From: Octopus bimaculoides
Taxonomy: Eukaryota
Assembly (NCBI RefSeq): GCF_001194135.2
Contig: NC_068993.1
Coordinates: 36,002,198 to 36,066,197 of the forward strand
Direction of reading: 5' to 3'
Length of the DNA: 64,000 nt
Each line of letters opens with the position of its first letter. Position 1 is the first letter of the stretch. Below the pieces are notes generated by a model. The model did no database searches and had not been told where the DNA came from. It saw nothing but the letters and a program-made list of their open reading frames with translations. Below, in pieces: positions 39,170-53,977 of this stretch. The position numbers and the translations under genes are program-made.

Positions 39170-40390
39170 GAGCAACGTACAGACCAGACTGAAGTCCGGG
39201 AGGCCTGCTAGTATGTCATTGTATATGGAATTACTGGGCTTTTTGTATGTCTTGGTGATGGCGCTTGTGAGGAGTCTTGAATGTGTGGAAGTGTTTGATT
39301 CATCAATATCTTTTGTTTTGTCTGCGATGATGTGTAGATTGTGTGATTGTTTAATACTGGTCATATAGTAATTTAAGGATTTAAGGAAGGAGTTACAATA
39401 ATGCCGAAACCTTACCTGCTTTACAATGTTCCATAAGTCAGTCTCGAAGTTCGCAAGGTCTTTCATACGCGCGGGGCACTGTCGGGATTTGAAGCTAAAC
39501 TTATCCGCAGATGCAGTAGTGGAAGGGTTTTCATAGAAGAAAGCTTTCCAGAGCATTCGTTTGATGACGCGTTCGGTCTTCTCTGTGAATCGTATCAAGT
39601 AGATTTTCCTTAGAAGTATTTGGATATTTCTTAGCGAGTACGGTAATGGTTGTCTCTATTGCAAACTGTTGGTCAGACGTTCGTGAATGGCGCTCAACAG
39701 AGTTTGGAGCAATTGTACGAAGACAAACGAAAGAAGGACACTCAACACATATATGTATCAAAACAGTTTGATTCAAGCTCCTTGGTACTCTGAGTTTCAA
39801 GCGTGTCGCTAGTCATCGGCCATTGAGTCTGAATGAGAGTTCGATTCAAGAGAGTCGATGTTTACTACTGGACATTAGCCTGCGATTAGGCGAGAAAGGT
39901 CACGTGATGTCGTAGTTTGATGTTAGTATATCAGCGATAACAATTATTTGGAAAATACCGCATGGTGAACAGGAAGTCGACCGTGTGGTGAACAGGAAAT
40001 CAGCCGCGTGGCCGCGGGAAGTTGGAAGGGGCAGTAGATGTGGGAGTATATATGTATATATGTATATGTGTATATGTGTATATGACCATATATCTATGCG
40101 TATGCATCCGTACTTATACGAGTGTGTATGTATGTGTAGATGTGCATTCACACAACCGCGCGCGCGCACACACAAACACATACACACGAGCGCGCACATA
40201 CACACGCGAACGCGCGCACATACACACGCGAACGCGCGCACATACACGCGCGAACGCGCGCACACATAAGCACACACATACACACACGCACACGAGCATC
40301 TACACACGCGGGTACGCACATACAAGTGTGCACGTGTACATACATCAACACGTACGGGTGCACACGTATATGGGCGTGCACATGCGCCTC
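39170..40390 (-). mobile_element. Penelope-like element, inverted arm: pLTR, hammerhead and 5' end of the ORF
   Basis: 'YSLRNI...TEKTERVIKRMLWKAFF...FKSRQCP...FETDL...IIADKT...ITKTYKK' is the PLE RT N-terminus; 40060-40385 is an inverted copy of 41755-42000. Confidence 0.85.
39778..39827 (-). ncRNA. minimal type I hammerhead ribozyme in the PLE pLTR
   Basis: Minus strand: CTCAATGG-CCGATGA-CT-AGCG aca CGCT-T-GAAA-CTC a GAG-TA-CCAAGGAG; palindromic stem III, GUA triplet; core U4 changed to C. Confidence 0.8.
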
Positions 40391-41996
40391 AAGTGACGTA
40401 GCCATCTACATAGGTCGGCCCTCTATAGGAACGATGGACTAGCTATCTCAAGCCATATGACAAGCTCAGGAAGAACGTGATAAACATATTCAAAGAGCTC
40501 GGCCTGTCCATGATGATTACTACCAACCTGACTACGATCGATTTCTTTGAAGTAACCTTAGAACTGAAGACGGGCAAATACTACCCCTACAAGAAACCGA
40601 ATGAAGAAGCGGTATATATCCACAAGAGTTCAAACCACCACCACCACCACCGCTGTAATTAGAAACATGGTTGCAAGCATTAGCAAACGATTATCTAGTC
40701 TCTCGGCCAATAGCAAGATCTTTAATAGGGCAGCCCCTACCCCACTACAATGATGCTTTGGCTAGGAACAGATTTTCTGAGAAGCTCACGTATGCGGACG
40801 AACCCCAAACCCCTCTCGTCACCCCAAGAGAATTAGGAAAAGGAAAATAATCTGGTATAACACCTTATTTAAGCTAGTAGTTTCTACCAACATAGCCAGA
40901 AATATTTCCCCAGAGGCCGTAAATATTACAAACTCCTCAAACTCCATAATGTCAAGATAAGCTACTCCTGCCTAGACAACATCACATCTAATATCGCACG
41001 CATCAACAAACGTGAAAACGCGCCCACACAACTCTCGATCCCAACCTGCAACAGTCGAAATCCTACCACCTACCCTCCAGGAAGATCCTGCCCCTCAAGG
41101 GCTGTAGTATACAGAGCCACTCTTACAGCATTCGATAGCATTACTAGGCACTATACAGGAATGACAGCCAATGGTTTCAAGGGAAGTTACTCCCAACACT
41201 TGCATTCATTTAGATCCAGGGACAACGTAAAATCTACTTCTCTGTTGTGCTCTCCCGGGAGGCTTCGTGACCTCCAAGACGAAACACCCTGCATCAAGAG
41301 GATATTGTCGACGGAGCGCCACCATATTCACCCTGCGCCCCTAATTGCCAGTTGTGCCTCCAAGAAAAACTTCATTTCATCTACCAACCCGCAGTATCCA
41401 TCAACAAGAAATATGAGGTAATGTATTGCTGTCACTAGAGGTACACTTTTCTGATAAACTTCAAGCCACTGGCCGCCCACAACCTGGATAGATATACCTC
41501 CTTAGTACCCACCACCTCTAGCACCGCCTGTACCAAGGTCACCATCACAAACTAACCCCCAAGAACAGTAAGGCAAATCACCAATTTCCAACACTCTTTT
41601 ATGCCTGTCTACCCGCATACTCTTACTCCTTGTACATCACCCTTTGTACATAACCGCACGAGTATATATGCACGTGCACGCGCATATGCGTGAGTGCACG
41701 TATCCATCTGCTCACCGTACGCATGCGCACGGGTGTATGTGCACTGGTGTACATGTACGTGCATGTGCGCCCATATACATGTGCACCCGTGCGTATCTAT
41801 GTATGTACATGTGCACACTTGCGTGCTCGAGCCCGCGTGTGCAGGTGCTCGTGTACATATATACATGGAGGCAAAAGTGTGCACGCGCGCGCGTGCGTGT
41901 GTGTGCGCTCGCTCGGATGGGTGAATGTACATCTACACACACATACACGCCCGCATAAGTACGGTCGCATAGTCGCAGATATATGGACATATACAT

Positions 41997-42005
<9 letters not shown>
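40391..42005 (+). mobile_element. Penelope-like element, 3' part (RT C-terminus, GIY-YIG endonuclease, pLTR), degenerate
   Basis: 'LYRNDGLAI' (YRDD motif, 40424-40435), 'YYPYKKPNE', 'RKRKIIWYN', 'NVKISYSC', 'CNSR..CPS..VVYRA..HYTGMTANGFK', 'LQEKLHFI...NKK'; ORF ends at about 41475. Confidence 0.88.
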
Positions 42006-42066
<61 letters not shown>

Positions 42067-42813
42067 NNNNNNNNNNNNNNNNNNNNNNNNNNNNNNNNNN
42101 NNNNNNNNNNNNNNNNNNNNNNNNNNNNNNNNNNNNNNNNNNNNNNNNNNNNNNNNNNNNNNNNNNNNNNNNNNNNNNNNNNNNNNNNNNNNNNNNNNNN
42201 NNNNNNNNNNNNNNNNNNNNNNNNNNNNNNNNNNNNNNNNNNNNNNNNNNNNNNNNNNNNNNNNNNNNNNNNNNNNNNNNNNNNNNNNNNNNNNNNNNNN
42301 NNNNNNNNNNNNNNNNNNNNNNNNNNNNNNNNNNNNNNNNNNNNNNNNNNNNNNNNNNNNNNNNNNNNNNNNNNNNNNNNNNNNNNNNNNNNNNNNNNNN
42401 NNNNNNNNNNNNNNNNNNNNNNNNNNNNNNNNNNNNNNNNNNNNNNNNNNNNNNNNNNNNNNNNNNNNNNNNNNNNNNNNNNNNNNNNNNNNNNNNNNNN
42501 NNNNNNNNNNNNNNNNNNNNNNNNNNNNNNNNNNNNNNNNNNNNNNNNNNNNNNNNNNNNNNNNNNNNNNNNNNNNNNNNNNNNNNNNNNNNNNNNNNNN
42601 NNNNNNNNNNNNNNNNNNNNNNNNNNNNNNNNNNNNNNNNNNNNNNNNNNNNNNNNNNNNNNNNNNNNNNNNNNNNNNNNNNNNNNNNNNNNNNNNNNNN
42701 NNNNNNNNNNNNNNNNNNNNNNNNNNNNNNNNNNNNNNNNNNNNNNNNNNNNNNNNNNNNNNNNNNNNNNNNNNNNNNNNNNNNNNNNNNNNNNNNNNNN
42801 NNNNNNNNNNNNN

Positions 42814-42849
<36 letters not shown>

Positions 42850-43315
42850 TGTGTGTGTGTAGGTATTGGAAAGTTTCTCTCAAACACTATCTGCTCGAAA
42901 TGTAAGACAAATTGCGATCACAATTGATTTAGCAATAACGATCTAATTAGTTAAACTTATTTGATGAGAAGAGGAAAGCACTAAATTAATGCGTAATAAC
43001 ATATTAATCTGGTTTTGATAAGTACGGTGGAATTTCTGAAGTGTTTTGGTGTAATTAGACCTTCTCAACAAAACAAAGCCGACGCCTTACTTGCCAGATT
43101 AGAGGTAGGACAATTGTTATATTGGTGTGTATTAACGTACGTGAGTAGACGTCAAAAATTGTCGAAATATTTGGGGATATATTCACACATATCCATATAT
43201 ACAACTATAGATGAGCATCTGCATGTGTATGTGTCCATGTGTGTGTGCGCTCAAATACCTATGTATATATACACATATATATGCACTCAAATACATATAT
43301 ATATGTACACATATA

Positions 43316-43358
<43 letters not shown>

Positions 43359-44539
43359 NNNNNNNNNNNNNNNNNNNNNNNNNNNNNNNNNNNNNNNNNN
43401 NNNNNNNNNNNNNNNNNNNNNNNNNNNNNNNNNNNNNNNNNNNNNNNNNNNNNNNNNNNNNNNNNNNNNNNNNNNNNNNNNNNNNNNNNNNNNNNNNNNN
43501 NNNNNNNNNNNNNNNNNNNNNNNNNNNNNNNNNNNNNNNNNNNNNNNNNNNNNNNNNNNNNNNNNNNNNNNNNNNNNNNNNNNNNNNNNNNNNNNNNNNN
43601 NNNNNNNNNNNNNNNNNNNNNNNNNNNNNNNNNNNNNNNNNNNNNNNNNNNNNNNNNNNNNNNNNNNNNNNNNNNNNNNNNNNNNNNNNNNNNNNNNNNN
43701 NNNNNNNNNNNNNNNNNNNNNNNNNNNNNNNNNNNNNNNNNNNNNNNNNNNNNNNNNNNNNNNNNNNNNNNNNNNNNNNNNNNNNNNNNNNNNNNNNNNN
43801 NNNNNNNNNNNNNNNNNNNNNNNNNNNNNNNNNNNNNNNNNNNNNNNNNNNNNNNNNNNNNNNNNNNNNNNNNNNNNNNNNNNNNNNNNNNNNNNNNNNN
43901 NNNNNNNNNNNNNNNNNNNNNNNNNNNNNNNNNNNNNNNNNNNNNNNNNNNNNNNNNNNNNNNNNNNNNNNNNNNNNNNNNNNNNNNNNNNNNNNNNNNN
44001 NNNNNNNNNNNNNNNNNNNNNNNNNNNNNNNNNNNNNNNNNNNNNNNNNNNNNNNNNNNNNNNNNNNNNNNNNNNNNNNNNNNNNNNNNNNNNNNNNNNN
44101 NNNNNNNNNNNNNNNNNNNNNNNNNNNNNNNNNNNNNNNNNNNNNNNNNNNNNNNNNNNNNNNNNNNNNNNNNNNNNNNNNNNNNNNNNNNNNNNNNNNN
44201 NNNNNNNNNNNNNNNNNNNNNNNNNNNNNNNNNNNNNNNNNNNNTATATATATATATATATGCATATGTAAGTATATATATATATATATATGAATAGAAT
44301 CAAATCAACCTTATTTCGAGGTGTACGGATAACATCGGACTGATTATGGATTCCGTTTCTCGCACGATCCGTTGTTTCAGGTGACAATGGAGATGAATTT
44401 CGGATTTGGCTGTACTGGAGTTCAAACACGATGGATCACACATTTTTACTTATCTCATCAGGTCATGTACTTTCATCCCCGACATTTACTCGTACCCCCT
44501 ACTGAGTGGTAATTACACATTCATAATGGTCAGAGAGAG

Positions 44540-46370
<1,831 letters not shown>

Positions 46371-46372
46371 TA

Positions 46373-46422
46373 CCCCTATCTGGTCTTACTGATGTATTAA
46401 CATCAGTAAGACCAGATAGGGG
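46373..46422. repeat. perfect 23-bp inverted repeat with a 4-nt loop
   Basis: cccctatctggtcttactgatgt-atta-acatcagtaagaccagatagggg. Confidence 0.95.
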
Positions 46423-46817
46423 AACCTTCTCAACCCTGCGAAACCATTTAATCTTACATCGAACATTTGTTCTGTGAAAATTTTGCGCATCATAATACTC
46501 TCACACATGCAGGCGCGTATGTTGTACGTGTATGTATCTGACTTTCTATGTTCGTGTGTTTGAATCTGTGTGATGATTCATTTCATACATAAATCAGCTT
46601 CTGGATACAATTTTCTAACAGAGAAACCATAAGAAGACGTTCAAACGATATATGCCATGTATTTAATTATTACATGACTGCACTATATTGGTATTATCTG
46701 AAGGAAGCCCTACATTATAATTATGTAATTTATTATGCAATAATCAGTTATTAATGCAGCACCAGTTACATGTAACAAATATACAACAATGTTTATTACA
46801 TACAGATATAGACGTGG

Positions 46818-46980
46818 TCATGGCTGTGTAGTTAAGAATGTCCGCTTTGTAACAACGTAGTGTTGAGTTCGATTTCACTGCACGGTAACTTGAGCATTTT
46901 TTTGTTCTAGAGTCCTGGTTTGACCAAAGCCTTGTGGGGTAAATATCATAGAAAAAAATTGTGAAGTTCTGCAGAAGCCT
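46818..46980 (+). mobile_element. SINE (family 4)
   Basis: 'tggctgtgtagttaaga...gagttcgatttcactgcacgg...accaaagccttgtggg'. Confidence 0.75.
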
Positions 46981-47229
46981 ATTCCTGTTCTTCATTATTA
47001 GATTTAATCTGTGTCCCAGTTTAGCGCGAACGAATACCTCATGGACGTTTTTAATAGTCACACACATACACAATATTTGCAATTGGAGCCTGTGACCAGA
47101 TGTTTCGTTTCCGGCTCATTTTCTTGATATTTTGCTATTGTTTATAGATGGTCGATCGATCTACTTCATCTTGTTGTTGTTTTTGTTGTTGTTTAACTCC
47201 AAGTCAACCCTGAACGAGCAGGGGTTTGT

Positions 47230-47617
47230 TGTTTCCCAACTGTGGCCATTCTGGTTTCCTTTGATCTTTGACTTGGGAGTCCACATACGATTTTTTAGAG
47301 GTCCGTGCAAGTAAAATAGTAAATTAGTTAGAAATAGTAAATTAGTTAGACATAGTAATATATAGACATAGTAATATATTAAGGGTCCATGGAAAAATTT
47401 TAATTGAGATGTATTCATTGGAAAAAAACAAGTTTCTTTCTCTAACATTTTACATAGTTCAACCTACACGCGTTAATGTTTATAAAACAAAATAGGAACT
47501 TTGAAAGAAGTGTCTATAAAACTAGTTTTTAAAACACAGAATTGCTGTAGGGTTCCACCAGAGTAAAATAGTAATCACAGATGTCCATAAGTAAAAAAAA
47601 TGGTTGAGAACCACTTG
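47230..47617. mobile_element. hAT/Charlie-type MITE, same family as 15519-15836 (inverted)
   Basis: Internal match to the reverse complement of 15560-15720; right TIR 'ggttgagaaccacttg' followed by 'cctagatc'; left end unclear. Confidence 0.65.
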
Positions 47618-48195
47618 CCTAGATCTACAATATCGGATGTCCTATCTTTTTGTTGTTACATTTTTTTTTCAGGACTGTCAATTTATCAAGTCGAGCGACT
47701 GCGTAGTCTCCTTCATTGGCTCGATCCTTAAGTGAGTGTACTGTGCGGCCCATTTAAAGCAGACATTGCAGCCAGGTTATACAGTCTAGACTATACTATT
47801 TCACGATAAGATGCAAATGGTTTTTCTGTTTAATGAAATGAAATCAATATATTTCTATGGTAACGTTATTCCTATCAGTTCTCAACGGTAGAACTTACCC
47901 AGGAGGATGACTTCTTAGAGATGCAGACGAAATTCTATTTACAGAAAATCTCGGTAATAAATATTCTTACATAAACTGATAATAGAAGAACTCTGCTGCG
48001 TAGATGTTTAAAGGAATCGTGGGAAGTCGTCTAGTAGGTAAACGCTTCTTAAACGGATTACGGGATACGATTTCGCATTCTGATTGAAGCCACTTTACGT
48101 TTGCTATGGTAATTTATGATTAACGGCAATTTTTATAGAACTTGAACACCTGACAGCTGTTTTACCTGAGCCGGAAATTTGGGGCCAACCAATAT

Positions 48196-48408
48196 TCTTT
48201 TCTACTCTAGGCACAAGGCCTGAAATTTGGGCGTGCGGGGCACTCGATTAGATCGACCTCAGAACGCAATTGGTGCTTAATTTATCGACCCCGAAAGGAT
48301 GAAAGGCAAAGTCGACCTCCGCGGAATTTGAACTCAGATCGTAAAGACAGATGAAATACCGCTAAACATTTCGCCCAGCGTGCTAACGTTTCTGCCAGCT
48401 CGCTGCCT
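48196..48408 (-). mobile_element. tRNA-derived SINE (family 3)
   Basis: Matches 37005-37243. Confidence 0.88.
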
Positions 48409-49007
48409 TTTTTTTTTTTTTGCCGACCAATATTGAGTGCAAAAGGATTAAGATAAACAGAGAGGAAAAATAAAAAGAGAAAGAACAACTTAAAAAGGAA
48501 AATGGTCTATGTTTGAAGGTTTAAAATTTTAGAAAATAATATTCAGCAAATGTGGTACAGAATATAGGATATTCAAGATATAGCAGTGTATAAGCTATGA
48601 CAGACAATTATCCGGAAAGATAGGGAGTGTCGGATTATGGGTGATAGAAGGAAAATAGGTAGAGGAACCGAACTAAATCTTTAGTTTGGGGACAAAATAT
48701 TGTATTCACTGAAAATTTAGACAAAAGTAACCCAATACCTTCTACATGGATGTATAAGTGTGCGTGTGAGTATTTGCGAGTGTGCGTGTGTGCGCGCGCG
48801 CGTGTGTGTGTGTAATACAGGTGTCTTTATTCATGAGATTATGATGTCTGCGAATCATAAAATATACTCAAAGCGTTTATTGGCAGCATGTAGGAGTTTT
48901 ATTTCAGAAATTACAACTTTCAAGATGCTTTGTCTGTAGAACAGCTCAGATGGATTCAGATTCTTTACACTGTATAAATGTAAAAGACTGTAAAAGACCA
49001 TTGCAAT

Positions 49008-49047
<40 letters not shown>

Positions 49048-49417
49048 NNNNNNNNNNNNNNNNNNNNNNNNNNNNNNNNNNNNNNNNNNNNNNNNNNNNN
49101 NNNNNNNNNNNNNNNNNNNNNNNNNNNNNNNNNNNNNNNNNNNNNNNNNNNNNNNNNNNNNNNNNNNNNNNNNNNNNNNNNNNNNNNNNNNNNNNNNNNN
49201 NNNNNNNNNNNNNNNNNNNNNNNNNNNNNNNNNNNNNNNNNNNNNNNNNNNNNNNNNNNNNNNNNNNNNNNNNNNNNNNNNNNNNNNNNNNNNNNNNNNN
49301 NNNNNNNNNNNNNNNNNNNNNNNNNNNNNNNNNNNNNNNNNNNNNNNNNNNNNNNNNNNNNNNNNNNNNNNNNNNNNNNNNNNNNNNNNNNNNNNNNNNN
49401 NNNNNNNNTATATATAT

Positions 49418-49567
49418 GACGGGCTTCTTTCATTTTCCATCTACCAAATCCACTCACAAGGCTTTGGTCGGTCCGAGGCTACAGTAGAAGACACTTGCCC
49501 AAGGTGCCATACAGTGGGACTGAACCCGGACCATGTTGTTAAAAGGCAAGCTTCTTACCACGCAGCC
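49418..49567 (-). mobile_element. SINE (family 4)
   Basis: 'gggcttctttcattttccatctaccaaatccactcacaaggctttggtcggtccgaggctacagtagaagacacttgcccaaggtgcc'. Confidence 0.85.
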
Positions 49568-50214
49568 TTGCAACTGCTATATATTGTGTGACTAAACTGG
49601 TCGCTGTTTTTATTTCAGTCGCTGACAAAGTGAATACTCACCGGAACAGCTCATTTTCCTACCAATCAACTTGTGTTTAATATTCTATATTTTTCTAGTA
49701 TGTTGTATACCTGCAGTCCATTCTTTTCCTTGTTTGTTTTCTCAGTTCACATCATCATTTAGTCATAACCCCAACTACCTACTAAGTTGTTGTGCACACT
49801 CAGTTATAAAATTTTTCATGTAGTTGAATTACGATAGCCCTACCTAAGTTCATGAACGCGTTAAAATTGCTTTGTGCCAAACGACAAAAGATATGGTAAC
49901 AGAACTGGCTTCGTGTTGAATGTGTGATGGCAGTTATTGTAAGGTCTCGTATAATTTCAGTTCTTTGTTTTTTTCAATTTGGTTTGCTTTTACTTCTTTT
50001 TTTCTCTCTTCTTTTGGCGATACAATTAAAAGGAGAATACTTGTTAATTTTAACCGGAATTACAGTCATTTCCAGAACGCGTAAACTTTTAAATGCCAGT
50101 TAATTACTTGAACAACTGCAATTAATTACTATAATTTTTACACATATTGACAAAAGAATGACAAAACGATGTAGCATTCTAGTATAAATTCGCCACCCTG
50201 GTAATATTAATAAG

Positions 50215-50265
50215 ATGTTGTTGTTGTTCTTATTGTTGTTGCTACTGCTGTTATTGTTGTTGTTG

Positions 50266-50296
<31 letters not shown>

Positions 50297-50344
50297 TGTT
50301 GTTGTTCCTGTTGTTGGTGGTGATGGTGGAGCTGGTGCTGGTGC

Positions 50345-50376
<32 letters not shown>

Positions 50377-50436
50377 GTGGTGGTGCTGGTGCTGGTGCTG
50401 GTAGTGCTGATGCTGTTGGAGCTGTGTTGCTGGTGA
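50215..50436. repeat. compound triplet microsatellite (TTG/CTG/GAT/GTG)n
   Basis: Directly visible. Confidence 0.95.
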
Positions 50437-51698
50437 TGAGGGTGGTTTTCGTTGCTATTGCTTAGTCCTAGGTCTGCCCGACTAGGTAGATCTATTATCA
50501 AAAGCATTTTAACCATGACCATCCCGTCTGTTAGTATATTAGTAAAGAGAACATACTGGACACAGTCCACTATGTTCTTTTTTCTTCTTAATACACTAAG
50601 ATGTAATTGAGGGAAAAGTTTACTCAATGTTTGTCGGTAGCGGCCAGAATTTTATTTCAACAATTACTGAGATCTTTCAAGATGTTTCATCAAGAGCTCA
50701 GCACAGCTATATCCCGGTTTTTTCACAATAAACATTAAAAATGTGACATCTTTCAGATTGCAAAAAAACCATTGGAATAACACACACACACACACACACT
50801 CACAGAGAATTTCTAACAGTCCGAAAGACTGACTACAGATTTTGTTGCTTTGGGAGGGCCATTATGCCAATAAACACACGCACACTCGTTCGATTTTATT
50901 TCCTTTATTATTAGTCAATTGGTTAATCCTTTAAATAATTAACTCATCGATTGTTTGACTAATCGTTCGGTTAATCAACCAATGAGTTTTGTTTGTTAAA
51001 TGTCATTCGCGACTTCATCATTGACATTCCTTCTCTACCTTAGATTTATTTCAGGTTTGATTATAGGATTTCTATTCTGCTGTGGTCTGATGTAAAATGG
51101 AGGAATTTGAAGATGATACAAATGTACAGATAAGAAATTTTTGTCATTCGTACCAATCTTGAATCTGGAGTATGACATTTCATACCCAATCGGCCTCACT
51201 GGTTCAACTGAATAAGTAACCAACATTTCACGAGCTATTCACAAGGCAACGAATGTCATTTACTCATTGCAAAGTGAGCAGCTATTTCCACAGCAATGAA
51301 TGTCATTTATTCATGGCTAAATCATTTCCATAGAACACTGGGGTTGAACTTCAGACGTTTTCAAAGATTCTTTTTTCAAAAACAGAATGAACACAGCGAC
51401 TCACAATTGATTTCTAATTAAAATAAATCAATTTCTAACTAATATAGTTTTATATTTGTTTTCTTATACCTAAACGTATAAACATGAATTCAAGACGTAA
51501 AGGTATACATTAAATACCACAAAACAGTTTGTCTGTCACTCTACTGACTCTGCCAATCTACTACCTTGCATAAGTCAAAACCCTTGTGGAGGGTGGGTTG
51601 GAACCTCACTGCGTGGTACCATGAGCAAGTGTCTTCTATAACCTCAGGTTCATCAAAGCCTTGCAAGTAGATCTGGTAAACGGAAACTGAGAGTCCCC

Positions 51699-51764
<66 letters not shown>

Positions 51765-52559
51765 GCGTGCGTGTGTTTCACCACCAATTGATAATTACTG
51801 TTGGTTTGTTTATATCCCTGTAACCTAGCGGTTGGGAAAAAGTAAAGCGATAGAATAAGTCGCTGACTTAAAAAAAAAACATAGCTACTGGAGTTGATCC
51901 GTTCGATTAAATCTCTTCAAGGTGGTGCCCCAGCACGGCCGCAATGCAATGTCTGAAACAAGTGAAAGATAAGAAATGAAGAGTTAACCCCGAAACATCT
52001 GAATCTCTTTTTTTTTTCCTGCGACATACGACCTTATCCAAACTCATGAACTTCACAATAAATCGAAATATTGGTAGGATAAGTGAAGACTTTAATTACT
52101 TTCGTTACATATTAACTTGCAGTTTATGATTTATCGTTTGTAGTGGCTCTTTGTTTGGTAAGTGCCATGCATAATAACAATATGTTTCGCTTTGTGAATA
52201 CTAAACTATATTATCTTATTATCGGCTACCAACGATAAACTAATACAAAACGATAATAATATAAACGACAATCTTACTTAAAATTTATTATTCAAATGAA
52301 ATTTACATTGTAATAAAATGTCAGGCAGTTCATCGATGCTTTAGTTCTCTTTCACCAGACACTCTACTTCCGGTGTGAGAACAAAGAAATGTCTGCAGAT
52401 TCCAGAACCATTTTCACAGTATAAAAATATCGCTGCTTTCTGCAGTGTTGTTATCTTGTCTGTAAAACGGTTCAGGTTGATCTATTTTCAGTTTCTTACA
52501 AATCTAAATACTATTCTATCTACTGCACAATTGAATTCAATTTTATCATCATTTCCATT

Positions 52560-52710
52560 TTATTTTATTCTATATTATTCTCTTATTCCAACTATATTGT
52601 TCTCTTGTTCCAACTATTTTATTCTCTTGTTCCAATTATTTTATTTTCTTGTTCCAACTGTTTTATTCTCTTGTTCCAACAATTTTATTCCATTATTCCA
52701 ACTGTTACTT
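52560..52710. repeat. ~22-bp minisatellite, about 6 units
   Basis: Unit approximately 'ttttattctcttgttccaacta'. Confidence 0.85.
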
Positions 52711-52721
52711 ACGCTCTAGAA

Positions 52722-52938
52722 TAGTATTTCTCAACCAATTTTCTCTTATAGACTCCCTTGATTCCTGTTTCACTCAGATGAACCCTCATAACCATTTGAT
52801 GTCTAAAAAATCTTATATCTTTATAATTAAATATCATTAGGAATTGTATTTTAAAAAAATTGTCAAAATATTTAGTGTATTGTAGAAGTATAAGCAATTT
52901 ATTGGATAAAGTTTAACGACTCCGTTTGAGAATCACTG
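52722..52938. mobile_element. hAT/Charlie-type MITE with 8-bp TSD CTCTAGAA
   Basis: TIRs 'tagtatttctcaac' / 'tttgagaatcactg'; CTCTAGAA at 52714-52721 and 52939-52946. Confidence 0.85.
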
Positions 52939-53521
52939 CTCTAGAATGACAGTGAGTTGATAGAAACGAGTATGCTGAAGAATTTAGTTTTATCCCTCTA
53001 ATTTATGAATTCAAAACTTGTGACAATGATCGACTTTACCTTTCAACTAGATTAAATAAATACCAGTCATAATCTCAAGTTGATTAGCTCGACCGTTCCT
53101 AATGCGCTCAGCAAATAGTATCATAATCTTTTGTAATAAGTCATTTACATTTAGAAACACCGAATTACTGTTAACTAAAAGGTGGTCATTTCAAATCCTA
53201 TGCATATCTTTTGTTATACTTCGGAAACGGATATTTCAGCTACACCTGATTTCCTTGAGAGTGATTAGCGTTCAAATCAGGAGAATATATCTCTCTTTTC
53301 CTCTTAACTATGAGGAGTAACAGGAGTTGATTGTTGAACCTCATAGAGACTTGGGTTCCGTTAAATAATTAATTTCCATCATTTGCTTTGAAGAGTATTA
53401 AGGAATAAGGAGTATTAAAGAATAAGGAGTATAAGGAAATGACTATGGTGAAATAAAAGTTACATTCCAAAGGAATCAAACTGAAGATCACAGTCTAGAT
53501 TCGATGTCGAATATAATTATT

Positions 53522-53977
53522 TCCACCACGCCAAATCGCAGCCTACCAGCAAATACATGGGACTTTTACGTTATCTATGTGTGGTCGATAATGTTTATTA
53601 CACTAGCGCTGCTTTTATTTCATATTTGAATTTATTCAAACGTATATATTGTCCGGGTATACCGGCACATAACGTTTACACTATATGTATATAAGTCGTG
53701 GAATGGTGATCTATTCACCTACGATTTGGTTCGGTATGTGATGTTGATAAGCCACAAAATTGGCGAAAACTCAATATCCATCACTCCCGAATGGAATTTG
53801 GTATGAGTTTTCTCACCAGTCCATGACTTTCAGGTGTTTTAACATCCGCCGCTTTGAGAGAGTAATCTCCACCTCACCAAATTGCAACTTACCGGCAAAT
53901 ATACAGAGTATGTTCGTTAAGTATGTATGGTCGATAATGTTTATTTCACTAGCGCTGGTTCTATTTCATATATGAAT
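53522..53977 (+). mobile_element. second retrozyme-like element: ~346-bp unit with ~110-bp terminal direct repeats
   Basis: 53522-53630 repeated at 53868-53977; degenerate hammerhead at 53738-53784 between them. Confidence 0.55.
53738..53784 (+). ncRNA. degenerate type I hammerhead ribozyme
   Basis: GTGATG-TTGATAA-GCCA caaaat TGGC-GAAA-actcaata-TC-CATCAC; perfect 6-bp stem I and 4-bp stem II; core differs from CTGATGA by C>T and G>A; stem III poorly paired. Confidence 0.65.

Noticed and set aside
41047-41095. Possible selenocysteine (TGA) codons in the PLE zinc-finger insert, as reported for some Naiad elements
   Set aside because: The altered Cys positions are AGT and TAC, not TGA; this is ordinary decay
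42870-42910. 'gctcgaaatgtaagac' resembling the 3' half of the 1970-2006 hammerhead
   Set aside because: No recognisable CUGANGA or stem II 5' strand
47879-47953. 75-nt candidate exon FSTVELTQEDDFLEMQTKFYLQKIS
   Set aside because: Weak donor, no recognisable homology and no partner exons
50100-50627. ORF with poly-S/T/I/N runs (also ORFs at 35601-36016)
   Set aside because: Translation of triplet microsatellites
51097-51215. Short frame MEEFEDDTNVQIRNFCHSYQS after an AG acceptor
   Set aside because: Stops after 21 codons and the other frames are closed
52560-52710. 22-bp tandem array as CRISPR-like
   Set aside because: No unique spacers and a eukaryotic context; it is a simple minisatellite
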